Shown here piece after piece: positions 37,218-46,492 of a stretch of 64,000 nucleotides of DNA. A model generated the notes under the pieces. It worked only from the letters and a program-made list of their open reading frames with translations. It searched no databases and was not told the DNA's origin. Source of the DNA: a phage; sequence record NC_101837.1, one strand, 5' to 3'. Each line of letters begins with the position of its first letter. Within the stretch, counting starts at the first letter, position 1. Position numbers and translations under genes: made by a program.

Positions 37218-37706
37218 ATGAAACTTGATAAAAATGTTCAACGAAAAGCTTTCTTGGATATGATCGCATATTCGGAAGGCACAGATAATGGTAGACAACC
37301 TACCAAGGATCGGGGGTACGATGTCATAGTCGGAGGCAAGCTGTTCAGCGATTACAGCAAGCATCCCGGTGTTTACGTTAAGCTAAATGCTAAGCTTACC
37401 TCCTCCGCTGCTGGGCGTTACCAGGTTTTGGAGAAGTTTGCTAAACACTACATGAAACAGTTAGGATTACCAGATTTTGGCCCTGACAGTCAGGACAAGA
37501 TTGCGTTGCAACTGATCCGTGAGTGCAAGGCTCTCGCCGACATTGATGAAGGGCGTATTCATCAGGCCATTTATAAATGCCGCAGCCGCTGGGCAAGCTT
37601 CCCACCACCGCCAGGGGCTGGAAAGCTGTACAATCAGCGAGCAGAAAGTATAGACAAGATGCTGGAGATCTTTAAGAAGGCAGGTGGAGTTGTTACAGAT
37701 GAGTAA
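37218..37706 (+). CDS. endolysin, lambda R-type lytic transglycosylase
   Basis: Near-colinear similarity to lambda R as recalled (QRKAFLDMIAYSEGTDNGRQ...GYDVIVGG...AGRYQ...); GGAGAG RBS. Confidence 0.85.
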   Translation: MKLDKNVQRKAFLDMIAYSEGTDNGRQPTKDRGYDVIVGGKLFSDYSKHPGVYVKLNAKLTSSAAGRYQVLEKFAKHYMKQLGLPDFGPDSQDKIALQLIRECKALADIDEGRIHQAIYKCRSRWASFPPPPGAGKLYNQRAESIDKMLEIFKKAGGVVTDE

Positions 37707-38382
37707 CGGGATTGACTGGTGGAGTGTCTTTAGATACGATACAGGCACTGGAAGGTTGTTTTGGAAGTCCCCACCAAAAAACAAACCTCAACTGATGGGA
37801 AAGGAGGCTGGATGTACTAACATGGACGGGTACAGGGATATAATCTATCGCGGCGTGCATTACTACAGGCATAGATTGGTGTGGGAGATGCATTATGGAC
37901 CAATTCCAGAAGGGTACGAAGTTGATCACATAAAGCCACTTTTCTATTCCGATGGTGTTGCTGATGACAGGATAGAAAACCTACAACTGTTAACACCAGA
38001 AGAAAACGCAAAAAAGGCGGCAGATGACGGATGCCTGGCACGCAAGATACCTAAATCTAACACTGGACACTTGGGTGTATATTTTCATGCTAGAACTGGA
38101 AGGTATGCTGCTTTTGGTAAGGTAGGTCATTACTATAAGAAAGACCTAGGAGAATACGATACCTTAGAAGAGGCCCTTGCTGCTCAAAAGTCTTTTGAAA
38201 GTGGCACGTTTGTCAGGGAATATCGTGGACAGCCTTTAGGGAGGGATAAATCTAGAGGTGTCAGATTTGAAGCAGATAGGGGCAAATGGAAAGTAACTTT
38301 CAGAGGAAAAACGCTAGGCAGGTTTGACACCAAAGAGTCTGCTGAAGCGTGTTACGCAAAGGCTCTTGCTGAAAGATTGTAA
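37699..38382 (+). CDS. HNH homing-endonuclease-like protein with AP2-type DNA-binding repeats
   Basis: HNH core YRHRLVWEMHYGPIPEGYEVDHIKP...NLQLLTPEEN; two AP2-like segments (GVYFHARTGRYAAFG; GVRFEADRGKWKVTFRGK); alternative GTG start 37684. Confidence 0.75.
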   Translation: MSNGIDWWSVFRYDTGTGRLFWKSPPKNKPQLMGKEAGCTNMDGYRDIIYRGVHYYRHRLVWEMHYGPIPEGYEVDHIKPLFYSDGVADDRIENLQLLTPEENAKKAADDGCLARKIPKSNTGHLGVYFHARTGRYAAFGKVGHYYKKDLGEYDTLEEALAAQKSFESGTFVREYRGQPLGRDKSRGVRFEADRGKWKVTFRGKTLGRFDTKESAEACYAKALAERL

Positions 38383-38450
38383 CAGTATCATTGACATGAC
38401 CACACGGACGTGGTATTGTTACCTCATACAATGTTAGGGAGGGTTTAACC

Positions 38451-38657
38451 ATGAAAGATTTTCTGTTGGCAATTTTGTTCATGGCAGCATGTCTGGCCTG
38501 TGGTGTCGTGTTTGCAGGTGAAACAGCGTATCTTGTCGATGTATATCGGGACAATGGTAAACGTATTTGCCTTTATGAGACAAGCCAAGGTGAGCTCTAC
38601 GAGCTTGTGAAACAAGGCGAGGCAGGTTCCTGCCCTCGCACCCATTTCTTTGAATAA
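38451..38657 (+). CDS. small secreted/lipoprotein-like protein
   Basis: 68 aa; N-terminal hydrophobic signal with Cys (LFMAACLACGVVFA). Confidence 0.35.
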   Translation: MKDFLLAILFMAACLACGVVFAGETAYLVDVYRDNGKRICLYETSQGELYELVKQGEAGSCPRTHFFE

Positions 38658-38666
38658 GGGGGATAC

Positions 38667-39131
38667 GTGGAAGACGGACGTTTAATGAAGTCTGAACGCA
38701 GGCTTATTGTGCAACTGATCCCAGAAACAGCTTGGTATAATAACCTCCGAAACGCTGTAAAGAAGAGTGAGTGGGATAAGATCCGCAAGAAGTGCTATAG
38801 AGAAGCCAACTACACCTGTGAGGTGTGCGGCGGTAAAGGCAGCAAACACCCAGTGGAGTGTCATGAACTTTACACTTTCGAAGAGGGAGTGATCCGGCTT
38901 GTCGGACTGATAGCGTTGTGCCCAGATTGTCACACATCTGTGCATCCTGGGTTAGCAAATATCCGTGGAAAGTATGCTCAGGCAGTTAGTCAGTTGGCTA
39001 AGGTGAATAAGATCACCAAGGGTATGGCAGAGGCGTATTACCGAGACTGCTTTGCAGAGTGGCGTGAGCTTAGTAAAGTTCCAGAATGGAAGACTGACTT
39101 TTCGTGGATAGAGGGTTACCTTGATGGCTAA
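38667..39131 (+). CDS. putative zinc-finger His-Me (HNH-like) nuclease
   Basis: CEVCG...HPVECHELY...CPDCH arrangement typical of HNH/zinc-ribbon nucleases. Confidence 0.4.
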   Translation: MEDGRLMKSERRLIVQLIPETAWYNNLRNAVKKSEWDKIRKKCYREANYTCEVCGGKGSKHPVECHELYTFEEGVIRLVGLIALCPDCHTSVHPGLANIRGKYAQAVSQLAKVNKITKGMAEAYYRDCFAEWRELSKVPEWKTDFSWIEGYLDG

Positions 39132-39414
39132 GAAACCTTTAAAAGAGAAATTTGATAAGACAGCTTTTGTATTCGATACACCTCTGGACGACATCATCAG
39201 AGGTATGCAATCCTTGTATCGGAAGGCTGAATCTGAGCAGTTGTCTGAATCAGAACTTTACTGGCTTGGTTGGTGGGAGTTAAACCTGCCTAAAGCTGAA
39301 AGTTCTTGTCTGAGAACTGTTAAAACGTGCGCCCAAGAAAACGCTGCACTTGGAATCTACCACAAAAGGAAAAGATCAACAAAAAGCTCTCCAAGAAAGA
39401 CCAAAAAGTCTTGA
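39121..39414 (+). CDS. hypothetical protein
   Basis: 97-aa ORF overlapping upstream stop. Confidence 0.35.
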   Translation: MMAKKPLKEKFDKTAFVFDTPLDDIIRGMQSLYRKAESEQLSESELYWLGWWELNLPKAESSCLRTVKTCAQENAALGIYHKRKRSTKSSPRKTKKS

Positions 39415-39440
39415 CAAAAGTGTTATTAATCTGATATTAT
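39411..39440 (+). promoter_or_regulatory. sigma70-type promoter candidate
   Basis: TTGACA (39411-39416), 18-bp spacer, TATTAT (39435-39440), then ATCGG; upstream of 39474 gene with AGGAGA RBS. Confidence 0.45.
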
Positions 39441-39473
39441 CGGTCAGATATCTATAAACTAGGAGAACTAGAT

Positions 39474-39782
39474 ATGCTTAAAATTTTTATTGTTGAAGAT
39501 AAAGATATTGTCCAGTTGTATGCAAACGAGAATCATAAAGGTATGATTCTGAAGAAGGCAAGCAACCTTCATGAAAACACAATTCAACCTGGCGATGTAA
39601 TTAAGATCTGTGGTTATATGATATCAGACTCCTTGATGAAAATAACCCACCACTGGGGGTCTAATCCGTTCCTTTTTGAAAAGTATTGGGATGTTGAGTC
39701 ACTTATTGCAGAGAGTGATGATGCATTCCATTACAGCATCCAACCATCTTGCAGAATAACTAACAGGAGGGTCTTTGAGTAG
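39474..39782 (+). CDS. hypothetical protein
   Basis: 102-aa ORF with promoter and RBS. Confidence 0.4.
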   Translation: MLKIFIVEDKDIVQLYANENHKGMILKKASNLHENTIQPGDVIKICGYMISDSLMKITHHWGSNPFLFEKYWDVESLIAESDDAFHYSIQPSCRITNRRVFE

Positions 39783-40914
39783 AGAATATCCACTTATTGA
39801 GTCCATAGATTGTCTGGCTGATCTTCTTGAACCTGACGCTATAGTTTATTATGACTTCGATCAGGTTGCATATCAAGCTGCAGCAAGTTGTGAAAAAAGG
39901 ACAATTGAGGTAACACACAAAGCCTCCGGACGTAAGAAGATGTTTAAAACACGAACAGAGTTCTGGGGGCGGCAGAAGAACACCGTTGGTGGTTGGTTAA
40001 AAGCTGAGAATACCAACCGTGAAGCTGCATGTAAAAAGGCTGGCAAGGAGTTTATTCCGTGGACACGAGAAGATTTCGATGTCTTGGATATCCAAACCCC
40101 TGATCCTGTAGAGAACTGCTTGCACACAATTAAGTGTAAAGCTAATGCAGTCCTTAATTATCTCGGTATTCCGGAAGATCGGTGCGTGGGGGTACTTGGA
40201 GGCACAGGTAATTTCAGACTAGATCTTCCCATGCCGGAAAGATATAAAGCCAACCGTAACAATACTCTTCGACCACTGCTGCTTGGAGATGCAAGACAGT
40301 ATCTCCAAAAGCAGTATAATGCTCAAGTGATCAACGGTATCGAGGCTGACGACTGGTTAGCTATCCAGCAATTTGAAGGTTGGAACCACTACCAAAAAAC
40401 AGGTAAGTTCAACAAGTTTATTATCTCTATTGATAAGGACCAAAGAACACTACCGGGGCTTGTGTTCGATCCCATGCGAAACGATAAGGGAGATTTTGTA
40501 AGAGAAACCCCTATGCTGATCGATAACGGTATGGGGAACATCTTCATGAAGCCTAATGGAGAGGTTGGTGGTTACGGAATGCTGTTCTTCGGATACCAAA
40601 TGCTGTGTGGTGACTCTGCTGACAACATTAAGCCGTATCAAGGACTTATCGGTAAGGGTAAGTTCGGAGATGCCTCAGCATTCTACCTACTGTCTCAGTG
40701 CAGCACTCCAAAGGAGATGTGGGTGGCTATTATTGATCAGTACAAGAAGTGGTTCCCAAAAGGTGTTGTTAAGTATACTGACTTCAATGGTATTGATCGT
40801 AGAATTTCCGTAGGTCAGTGGATGAGTATAATTTTTGACTGTTTGTATATGAAGCGAACATTCAATGATCAAACAAAACTTGTTAACGTTCTTAGAAATG
40901 TTGGAGCAATTTGA
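39775..40914 (+). CDS. 5'-3' exonuclease / flap endonuclease (T5 D15 / RNase H-like)
   Basis: Colinear motifs RYKANRNN, GIEADDWLAI, SIDKDQRTL, MLCGDSADNIKPYQGLIGKGKFG matching FEN family signature order. Confidence 0.7.
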   Translation: MSREYPLIESIDCLADLLEPDAIVYYDFDQVAYQAAASCEKRTIEVTHKASGRKKMFKTRTEFWGRQKNTVGGWLKAENTNREAACKKAGKEFIPWTREDFDVLDIQTPDPVENCLHTIKCKANAVLNYLGIPEDRCVGVLGGTGNFRLDLPMPERYKANRNNTLRPLLLGDARQYLQKQYNAQVINGIEADDWLAIQQFEGWNHYQKTGKFNKFIISIDKDQRTLPGLVFDPMRNDKGDFVRETPMLIDNGMGNIFMKPNGEVGGYGMLFFGYQMLCGDSADNIKPYQGLIGKGKFGDASAFYLLSQCSTPKEMWVAIIDQYKKWFPKGVVKYTDFNGIDRRISVGQWMSIIFDCLYMKRTFNDQTKLVNVLRNVGAI

Positions 40915-41246
40915 TGACTAAAAATTCTGTAGATAACGCAATTATGGAAGCTGTTTTTGAGGATGATCACACAACAGGGGCACTTAAAACAAAAAATACA
41001 TTCGTTGTTGCCACAGGTATGTGGCGGTTGTATGAAGATGACACCATTTCATACATCCTGTACACGGATGATTACGCAGATGACCGTGTATGGTCTGCTG
41101 TTTTAAAAGAGGATTGTGAGCTGATTGAGGGCGAGCGGTTATGCATGTTCACCAGTGTGGAAACAGATGTTAAGCTTTGCTCTCTCGTCTTGTTCAAAGA
41201 TAAGGCTTATGCTCCTGATGAAGGAGAGGAGGACGAGGAAGCATGA
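40911..41246 (+). CDS. hypothetical protein
   Basis: 111-aa acidic ORF. Confidence 0.4.
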   Translation: MMTKNSVDNAIMEAVFEDDHTTGALKTKNTFVVATGMWRLYEDDTISYILYTDDYADDRVWSAVLKEDCELIEGERLCMFTSVETDVKLCSLVLFKDKAYAPDEGEEDEEA

Positions 41247-41872
41247 GAGAGCGTCTATTATCCATAGACCAGTCGTTGACACACACAGCTTGCGTTGTAT
41301 GGGACGATGGAAAGCCTGTTCATAAGGTTGTGTTACGAACTCAAAGCTCATCTGCAAAAGAGAAGAAACCAGGGACGGTTTCTTTTGCAACAGCTGCTGA
41401 GCGTATTGACTGGATCTGCAAACAGGTCAGGTATTATATCCACACGTACGGCGTTGACACCGTAGTTATGGAAGGGCTTTCCTTTGGATCACGCGGAGAT
41501 GCCACACGTGAACTGGCTGGGTTGTTTTACGGTCTTGAAGTTATGCTTTGGGATGCTTTAGCTGATTGTGAAAATGACGGCCTGTTTAAGGTCCACACAG
41601 TGACACCAACAACTGCCAAAAAGTTTGCTCGTAGTCATCTTCCTGAGGAACTTGCTTTCGAGGAGAAGAAAAAGCTTGACAAAAAGACAGGTAAAGAGCA
41701 TACTGTGAAGAAACCTGTTACGATGGATAAAAAGTTGATGGTTAAGGCCTGCGAAGTATCTGAACCTGGGTTCCTAGATGGGATCAATTTGGTACAAGGT
41801 AAGGCCGATCTCGCAGATGCTTATTGGATAGGCAGGGCGCATCTGGAGGGATTATCGCAAAGCGTAAAATAA
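41243..41872 (+). CDS. putative RuvC-fold Holliday junction resolvase
   Basis: N-terminal LSIDQSLTHTACVVWD, mid VVMEGLSFGSRG, C-terminal ADLADAYWIG resemble RuvC-like resolvase pattern. Confidence 0.4.
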   Translation: MRERLLSIDQSLTHTACVVWDDGKPVHKVVLRTQSSSAKEKKPGTVSFATAAERIDWICKQVRYYIHTYGVDTVVMEGLSFGSRGDATRELAGLFYGLEVMLWDALADCENDGLFKVHTVTPTTAKKFARSHLPEELAFEEKKKLDKKTGKEHTVKKPVTMDKKLMVKACEVSEPGFLDGINLVQGKADLADAYWIGRAHLEGLSQSVK

Positions 41873-42429
41873 GAAAGAGAGCTGTCAAAGCCCCCGTTCA
41901 TAACGGGTGGTTAAAAGATTCTAAGGACATAGCCAACTTTCGAAAAGAATTGTCAGAGGAGCAGGATGGTCTTGATCCGATCTTGTGCGAGCCACTTCGT
42001 AAGCCTTGTTTGGATCATGACCATCTGACTGGTCGTTGCAGGGGTGTTTTGTCACAATGCACTAATACCTTTGAGGGGTATGTGCTTAAATACTGGATGA
42101 AATACTGTAACGAGTATACAGATTGCAGTTTATCAGAGGCGTTGCGCCGGATGGCTGACTATTTGGAGAAAGACTACAGCGACTTCCCGCTCCACAAAAA
42201 CTACAGAGATGATATGACAAAGTTCTTGAGGAGATGCTCTAAAGCTACGATCATTGCACGAGCAGAATCAGATCTCAATCTTGTCATTAATCCAGAGTGC
42301 ACCAAGCATGAGGCTATTGAGTTCTACATGCAAGAGTTTATAAAGAAAACTGAGGAGAGAGATTTCTATGGGGATGAAAAAGGTATTCAATCCTTGCGAC
42401 TCAGTCCTGATCAGGATGAAATACCGTAA
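41824..42429 (+). CDS. endonuclease VII-family (His-Me finger) nuclease
   Basis: CLDHDHLTGRCRGVLSQCTNTFEG matches T4 endo VII core (CLDHDH...RGxLCxxCNxxEG); ORF-track start is TTG overlapping upstream gene by 49 nt, true start uncertain. Confidence 0.65.
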   Translation: MDRQGASGGIIAKRKIRKRAVKAPVHNGWLKDSKDIANFRKELSEEQDGLDPILCEPLRKPCLDHDHLTGRCRGVLSQCTNTFEGYVLKYWMKYCNEYTDCSLSEALRRMADYLEKDYSDFPLHKNYRDDMTKFLRRCSKATIIARAESDLNLVINPECTKHEAIEFYMQEFIKKTEERDFYGDEKGIQSLRLSPDQDEIP

Positions 42430-42589
42430 CTGGAAAGGTGTTGTTGCAGATCGCTGCGTTACTGAGCCTAATTTATGGTTTGGCTCTACAGAGTATCATA
42501 AAGAAGAGCAGTGGTTGATGCGTGCCTTCGATGTAGACAAGGGCGAATATCGTGACTTCGCTTTAAAAGACATTCTTCAGTTTTACTAA
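42368..42589 (+). CDS. hypothetical protein
   Basis: 73-aa ORF overlapping 3' end of previous gene. Confidence 0.3.
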   Translation: MGMKKVFNPCDSVLIRMKYRNWKGVVADRCVTEPNLWFGSTEYHKEEQWLMRAFDVDKGEYRDFALKDILQFY

Positions 42590-42601
42590 GGAATCTTAAC
42601 G

Positions 42602-43585
42602 ATGATGACAAAGTTAACTCTTGAGCAAATTTTAACACTAAAGCAACAGGGATACACTAATAGACAAATTGCTCGTGAATTTTTAGGCCGTGAGTCACGT
42701 GAGAGCTGGATCCGACTACAGCTTAAACGTGCACAGGAGAATATGTCAGAGATTGTAGGAGAAGCAACGGAGCGCTTCCTTGAAGAGCACAAAGGTGCTA
42801 AAGTTTGGGTGTATGATACAGAGACATCTCCAACAAACGGCTGGTTCTTTGGGCACTATAAGACCAACATTCAAACCTGCGGTATTGAAATTATGCCCTA
42901 CATGCTAACTTTCGCAGGTAAGTGGTTAGACAGTCCTAGTGTGGTTGACTGCGCTCTTCCCGATTACAAAATGTGGGATGAGGATATTCACAATGATCTC
43001 GAATTGATTCAGGATTTGTGGTATTATCTAGATAAATGTGATGTCGCAGTAGCCCACAATTCAGGTTTTGACTGTGGGTGGGCCAACCAACGATTTGCAT
43101 TTCACGGGTTGCCTCCAACAAGCCCCTACAAAGAGGTTGACACCCTTAAAATGATCAAGAAGGCATTCCGTTTGAATGCAAACACTTTGGAGTATGCATG
43201 CAAATACTTCCAACTGGCCCGACAGAAACTGATTGATCACACATTTGAAATGTGGATCAAGTGTGTCCATGGTGATCTTGAGGCATTTAAACAGATGCGG
43301 GAGTATAATGTTGGTGATATCCTGTCTCTGGAAGGACTGTATTTGCTGGCTCGCCCGTTTGCTAAGCAGCACCCAAACATGTCATTGTACTATCAAGACG
43401 AGGAGCCAAAAGTTCGTTGTCCACGCTGTGGTGGAGAACACCTTCACGAGGAAGAAGCTTTGGCGTATACTCAACTGAGTGCATTTAAAACATACCGCTG
43501 CGAAGGTTGTGGATCTGTTGTTCGTGACCGTAACAACATCCGCACCAGAGAAGAAATGAAAAACACCCTGATTCAGATAATCTAA
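42602..43585 (+). CDS. DnaQ-like (DEDD) 3'-5' exonuclease with N-terminal HTH and C-terminal zinc ribbon
   Basis: Exo I VYDTETS, Exo II VAHNSGFDCGW, Exo III YNVGD; N-terminal LKQQGYTNRQIAREF HTH-like; C-terminal CPRCG...CEGCG. Confidence 0.55.
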   Translation: MMTKLTLEQILTLKQQGYTNRQIAREFLGRESRESWIRLQLKRAQENMSEIVGEATERFLEEHKGAKVWVYDTETSPTNGWFFGHYKTNIQTCGIEIMPYMLTFAGKWLDSPSVVDCALPDYKMWDEDIHNDLELIQDLWYYLDKCDVAVAHNSGFDCGWANQRFAFHGLPPTSPYKEVDTLKMIKKAFRLNANTLEYACKYFQLARQKLIDHTFEMWIKCVHGDLEAFKQMREYNVGDILSLEGLYLLARPFAKQHPNMSLYYQDEEPKVRCPRCGGEHLHEEEALAYTQLSAFKTYRCEGCGSVVRDRNNIRTREEMKNTLIQII

Positions 43586-43600
43586 CAATTATAGGGAGGC

Positions 43601-44449
43601 TTGCGCCTCCCTTTTCCTCTTGGAGGCACTTTGAGCAAGAAAGAGTCCAACGACAAATACTACACAAACCCTGAGTATGCAGAATATCTTGTTGGTAAAG
43701 TAAAAGATAAGTATGGGAATTGTGCATACGTTGAGCCTTCTGCTGGAAGGGGTTCTTTTTCAAAACTATTTTCAGAGATACTGTCGTACGATTTAGTACC
43801 AGATCCTGAATTTGAAGGACCAACACCGTGCATTCAGGCAAACTTCTTGGAGGTGCATCCCAAGGCAGATGTCTTCATAGGTAACCCACCATTTGGCAAG
43901 AATTCATCCTTAGCTTGCAAATTCTTTAACCATTGTGCATCATTGCTAGAGCTTGGAGGGGCTATAGCCTTCATCTTGCCACGGACATTTGAAAAAATAT
44001 TTTTTGCAAACAAACTGGACATGTCGATGCACCTTGTCTACAGCGAAAGGTGCCCTAAGAATTCGTTTTTACTTAATGGCAAACCTTATGACGTGCCATG
44101 TGTTTTCCAAATTTGGGAGAAAAAGGCGTGCAATAGGGATCCTGTAGAGATTGGAGAGAATAAGTTATTTTCTTTTAGCACACCAGATGACTACGACTTC
44201 TGTGTAAGACGTGTTGGGTATAATGCTGGAAAAGTATTGGGGGATGATGACCCAAAATCTGAAGAATCAACATATTTCATAAAATCTTTAGTTGACGGTG
44301 TTGACAGAGTGTTTGCTGAATGCTATTCTTCTTTTCAAGAAGAAGCAGGTAAGACTGCTGGAATGAAGAGTATAGGTAAGAAAGAACTACAATACATTTT
44401 GGAGACCAGGTATGATCAAAAGCATAGACTTGACCAAAGAACTTACTGA
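43601..44449 (+). CDS. DNA N6-adenine methyltransferase
   Basis: Motif I YVEPSAGRGSF and motif IV GNPPFG. Confidence 0.65.
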   Translation: MRLPFPLGGTLSKKESNDKYYTNPEYAEYLVGKVKDKYGNCAYVEPSAGRGSFSKLFSEILSYDLVPDPEFEGPTPCIQANFLEVHPKADVFIGNPPFGKNSSLACKFFNHCASLLELGGAIAFILPRTFEKIFFANKLDMSMHLVYSERCPKNSFLLNGKPYDVPCVFQIWEKKACNRDPVEIGENKLFSFSTPDDYDFCVRRVGYNAGKVLGDDDPKSEESTYFIKSLVDGVDRVFAECYSSFQEEAGKTAGMKSIGKKELQYILETRYDQKHRLDQRTY

Positions 44450-44870
44450 TGCAAAAGCTTTTGGTGAGACAGCGGTACAAAGAGGACAGGCGATGGGACT
44501 GGCACTACCTTTCGTCTTAAAAGAGCACTTTACAGATTTTCAACTTATCAAAGGTGATAAGGGAATGCTTATCCTGGAGCATAAGTTGAGTAAGAAACGC
44601 TATAAAGTCGTTTTTAATTCTAAAGCTCCAACAAAACTGGGATTCAGAACTTACAATCTTAACCCATCCTACACTAAGGGTGTTGGAAGGGTAGAACAAC
44701 AGCATTTCAGTGCCAGAGCTTCTTTAGCCCCTTTGATGCTAAATTTCTCAGGGGTGGCTTTAGGATACCTTGATAAGAAAAGGGTTCTTCATGTTCGTTT
44801 CACAGACTTTGTAACGCTTTTAGCTAACAACGAGGTTGATGAGAAGGGACGTGTAAAAACAAACTTCTAA
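44412..44870 (+). CDS. hypothetical protein
   Basis: 152-aa ORF. Confidence 0.4.
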   Translation: MIKSIDLTKELTDAKAFGETAVQRGQAMGLALPFVLKEHFTDFQLIKGDKGMLILEHKLSKKRYKVVFNSKAPTKLGFRTYNLNPSYTKGVGRVEQQHFSARASLAPLMLNFSGVALGYLDKKRVLHVRFTDFVTLLANNEVDEKGRVKTNF

Positions 44871-44885
44871 TAACGCATAGTATGA

Positions 44886-45089
44886 TTGGAGACCGAAATG
44901 ACACTAGAGTTAACAATTCCAGACAGCTTTTCAGAAAACTTTATCCCAGAAATGATGAGTAAGATGCGATCATTGCTTGATCAGATTGAGGAGGCTGTTT
45001 GGGAAGACGATGCTGTAGTGGCTAACGAGCTGGTAGATAAGTGTAAAAGTATTATTGATGCAGTTGAAGAATACCACGGAGGTTTTTAA
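44886..45089 (+). CDS. hypothetical protein
   Basis: 67-aa acidic ORF, coupled to downstream gene. Confidence 0.35.
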   Translation: METEMTLELTIPDSFSENFIPEMMSKMRSLLDQIEEAVWEDDAVVANELVDKCKSIIDAVEEYHGGF

Positions 45090-45703
45090 TGGATATTATT
45101 GTTCTTAACGCCCCACCCAGCAGTGGTAAGGATCACATTGCAGATCTCTTGTTGGAAGCTATTCCTAACTCACACCACCGTGAGGTTAAGGAAATGCTCT
45201 TCAGTGTGGCAATTAAGGCAGCTGGTGTAACTCCTCAACTCTGGAATGCACTTTATGACCGCCACTACAAAGAAGAGCCTTGCCCTTTCTTAATGATAGA
45301 CGGCAAGCATGTTTCTCCGCGAGAATGGATGATCCATTGTAGTGAAGATCTGATTAAACCTATCTTTGGTGAAGATGCTTTCGGTAAAGCCGCAGTCGCA
45401 TCTTTGAAGAAAGATTTTCCTGAAAGTAAAGGGGTTATTGTTTACTCCGATGGTGGATTTAAAGAGGAGCTGGCATGCCTTAGCGAGTACGCATACAGCA
45501 CAGGTGGAGATCTGTTGTTGTTCCGTATTCACCGTGTAGGATATGACTGGGGAAATGATTCCAGAACCTATCTAAGTCTGGAAAAGAACGGAATAAAAGG
45601 GGTTGAGTTTGATGTTGTAAACCCTGAAGGTGCACCTTGGGAGTGTGCATCGGAGATTGTGTGCAAGTATATTGATGCTAAAGAGGCCCAAGAAGAATGT
45701 TAA
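45089..45703 (+). CDS. putative deoxynucleoside monophosphate kinase
   Basis: P-loop-like LNAPPSSGKD near N-terminus; sits in nucleotide-metabolism block. Confidence 0.45.
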   Translation: MDIIVLNAPPSSGKDHIADLLLEAIPNSHHREVKEMLFSVAIKAAGVTPQLWNALYDRHYKEEPCPFLMIDGKHVSPREWMIHCSEDLIKPIFGEDAFGKAAVASLKKDFPESKGVIVYSDGGFKEELACLSEYAYSTGGDLLLFRIHRVGYDWGNDSRTYLSLEKNGIKGVEFDVVNPEGAPWECASEIVCKYIDAKEAQEEC

Positions 45704-46290
45704 TCGGAATTGATGTAGATTTGACACTGGTAGATTCAGGAACAGCATGGTGGGAGTGGTTGGAGCGTTTGTATGGTCCAGCCAGTAAGACAGTCGCTAA
45801 ACCTTCTAACGGACTGATGTATTACGATCTGTCAAAGTATTGGCCTGATCGCCCCAAAGAAAACATCATAGGGCCTTTTGATTTCTGGAGTGACCCGTTC
45901 CTTTACGACTTTCTTAAGCCTGAAGAGGGGGCTATTGAGGTTATGAAAGATTTGGTGGCTCGTGGTCACAAGCTTGCGTTTATCTCGGTATGCAAGAAAG
46001 GTCACCTTGCATCTAAATCAAGGTTCTTAAAGCGTTGGACCAGTGATTTTATGGATCTGGACGATCACACCCAGGGCCACGGATTCTACGCCACACATTT
46101 CAAAGGGAATGTGGCTGTAGATGTTATAATTGACGACAGGCATGAATACCTGAACCAATTCGCTTCACGACCTGAAGTTATTAAAATCCTAAAAGATACG
46201 CCTTATGAGCAATTCGAGGAGTTAAAGGTCAGTATTGACTATGCCGCTAATAGCTGGTATAAAATAGGAAAGTTTTTAGAAGGTATTTGA
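45697..46290 (+). CDS. HAD-family 5'(3')-deoxyribonucleotidase-like hydrolase
   Basis: N-terminal IGIDVDLTLVDS (DxDxT motif), later VIIDDR. Confidence 0.55.
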   Translation: MLIGIDVDLTLVDSGTAWWEWLERLYGPASKTVAKPSNGLMYYDLSKYWPDRPKENIIGPFDFWSDPFLYDFLKPEEGAIEVMKDLVARGHKLAFISVCKKGHLASKSRFLKRWTSDFMDLDDHTQGHGFYATHFKGNVAVDVIIDDRHEYLNQFASRPEVIKILKDTPYEQFEELKVSIDYAANSWYKIGKFLEGI

Positions 46291-46291
46291 A

Positions 46292-46492
46292 ATGGGCAGA
46301 TGTTCTAAAGGTGGCGATCCTGTAGTCAGATACGGAGACTGGCTAGAGGTATATAATCTGGAGGGAAAGCTAGTGTATGCTTCCAGGATCACCCAGGATA
46401 TGTGCTCTGATATGTTTAACAGGTACCTTGCATTTAAGGCCAACATAAACCCAGACGAAATTTCCAAAATTAAAACAAGGAGAGCTAAATAA
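46292..46492 (+). CDS. hypothetical protein
   Basis: 66-aa ORF. Confidence 0.35.
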   Translation: MGRCSKGGDPVVRYGDWLEVYNLEGKLVYASRITQDMCSDMFNRYLAFKANINPDEISKIKTRRAK

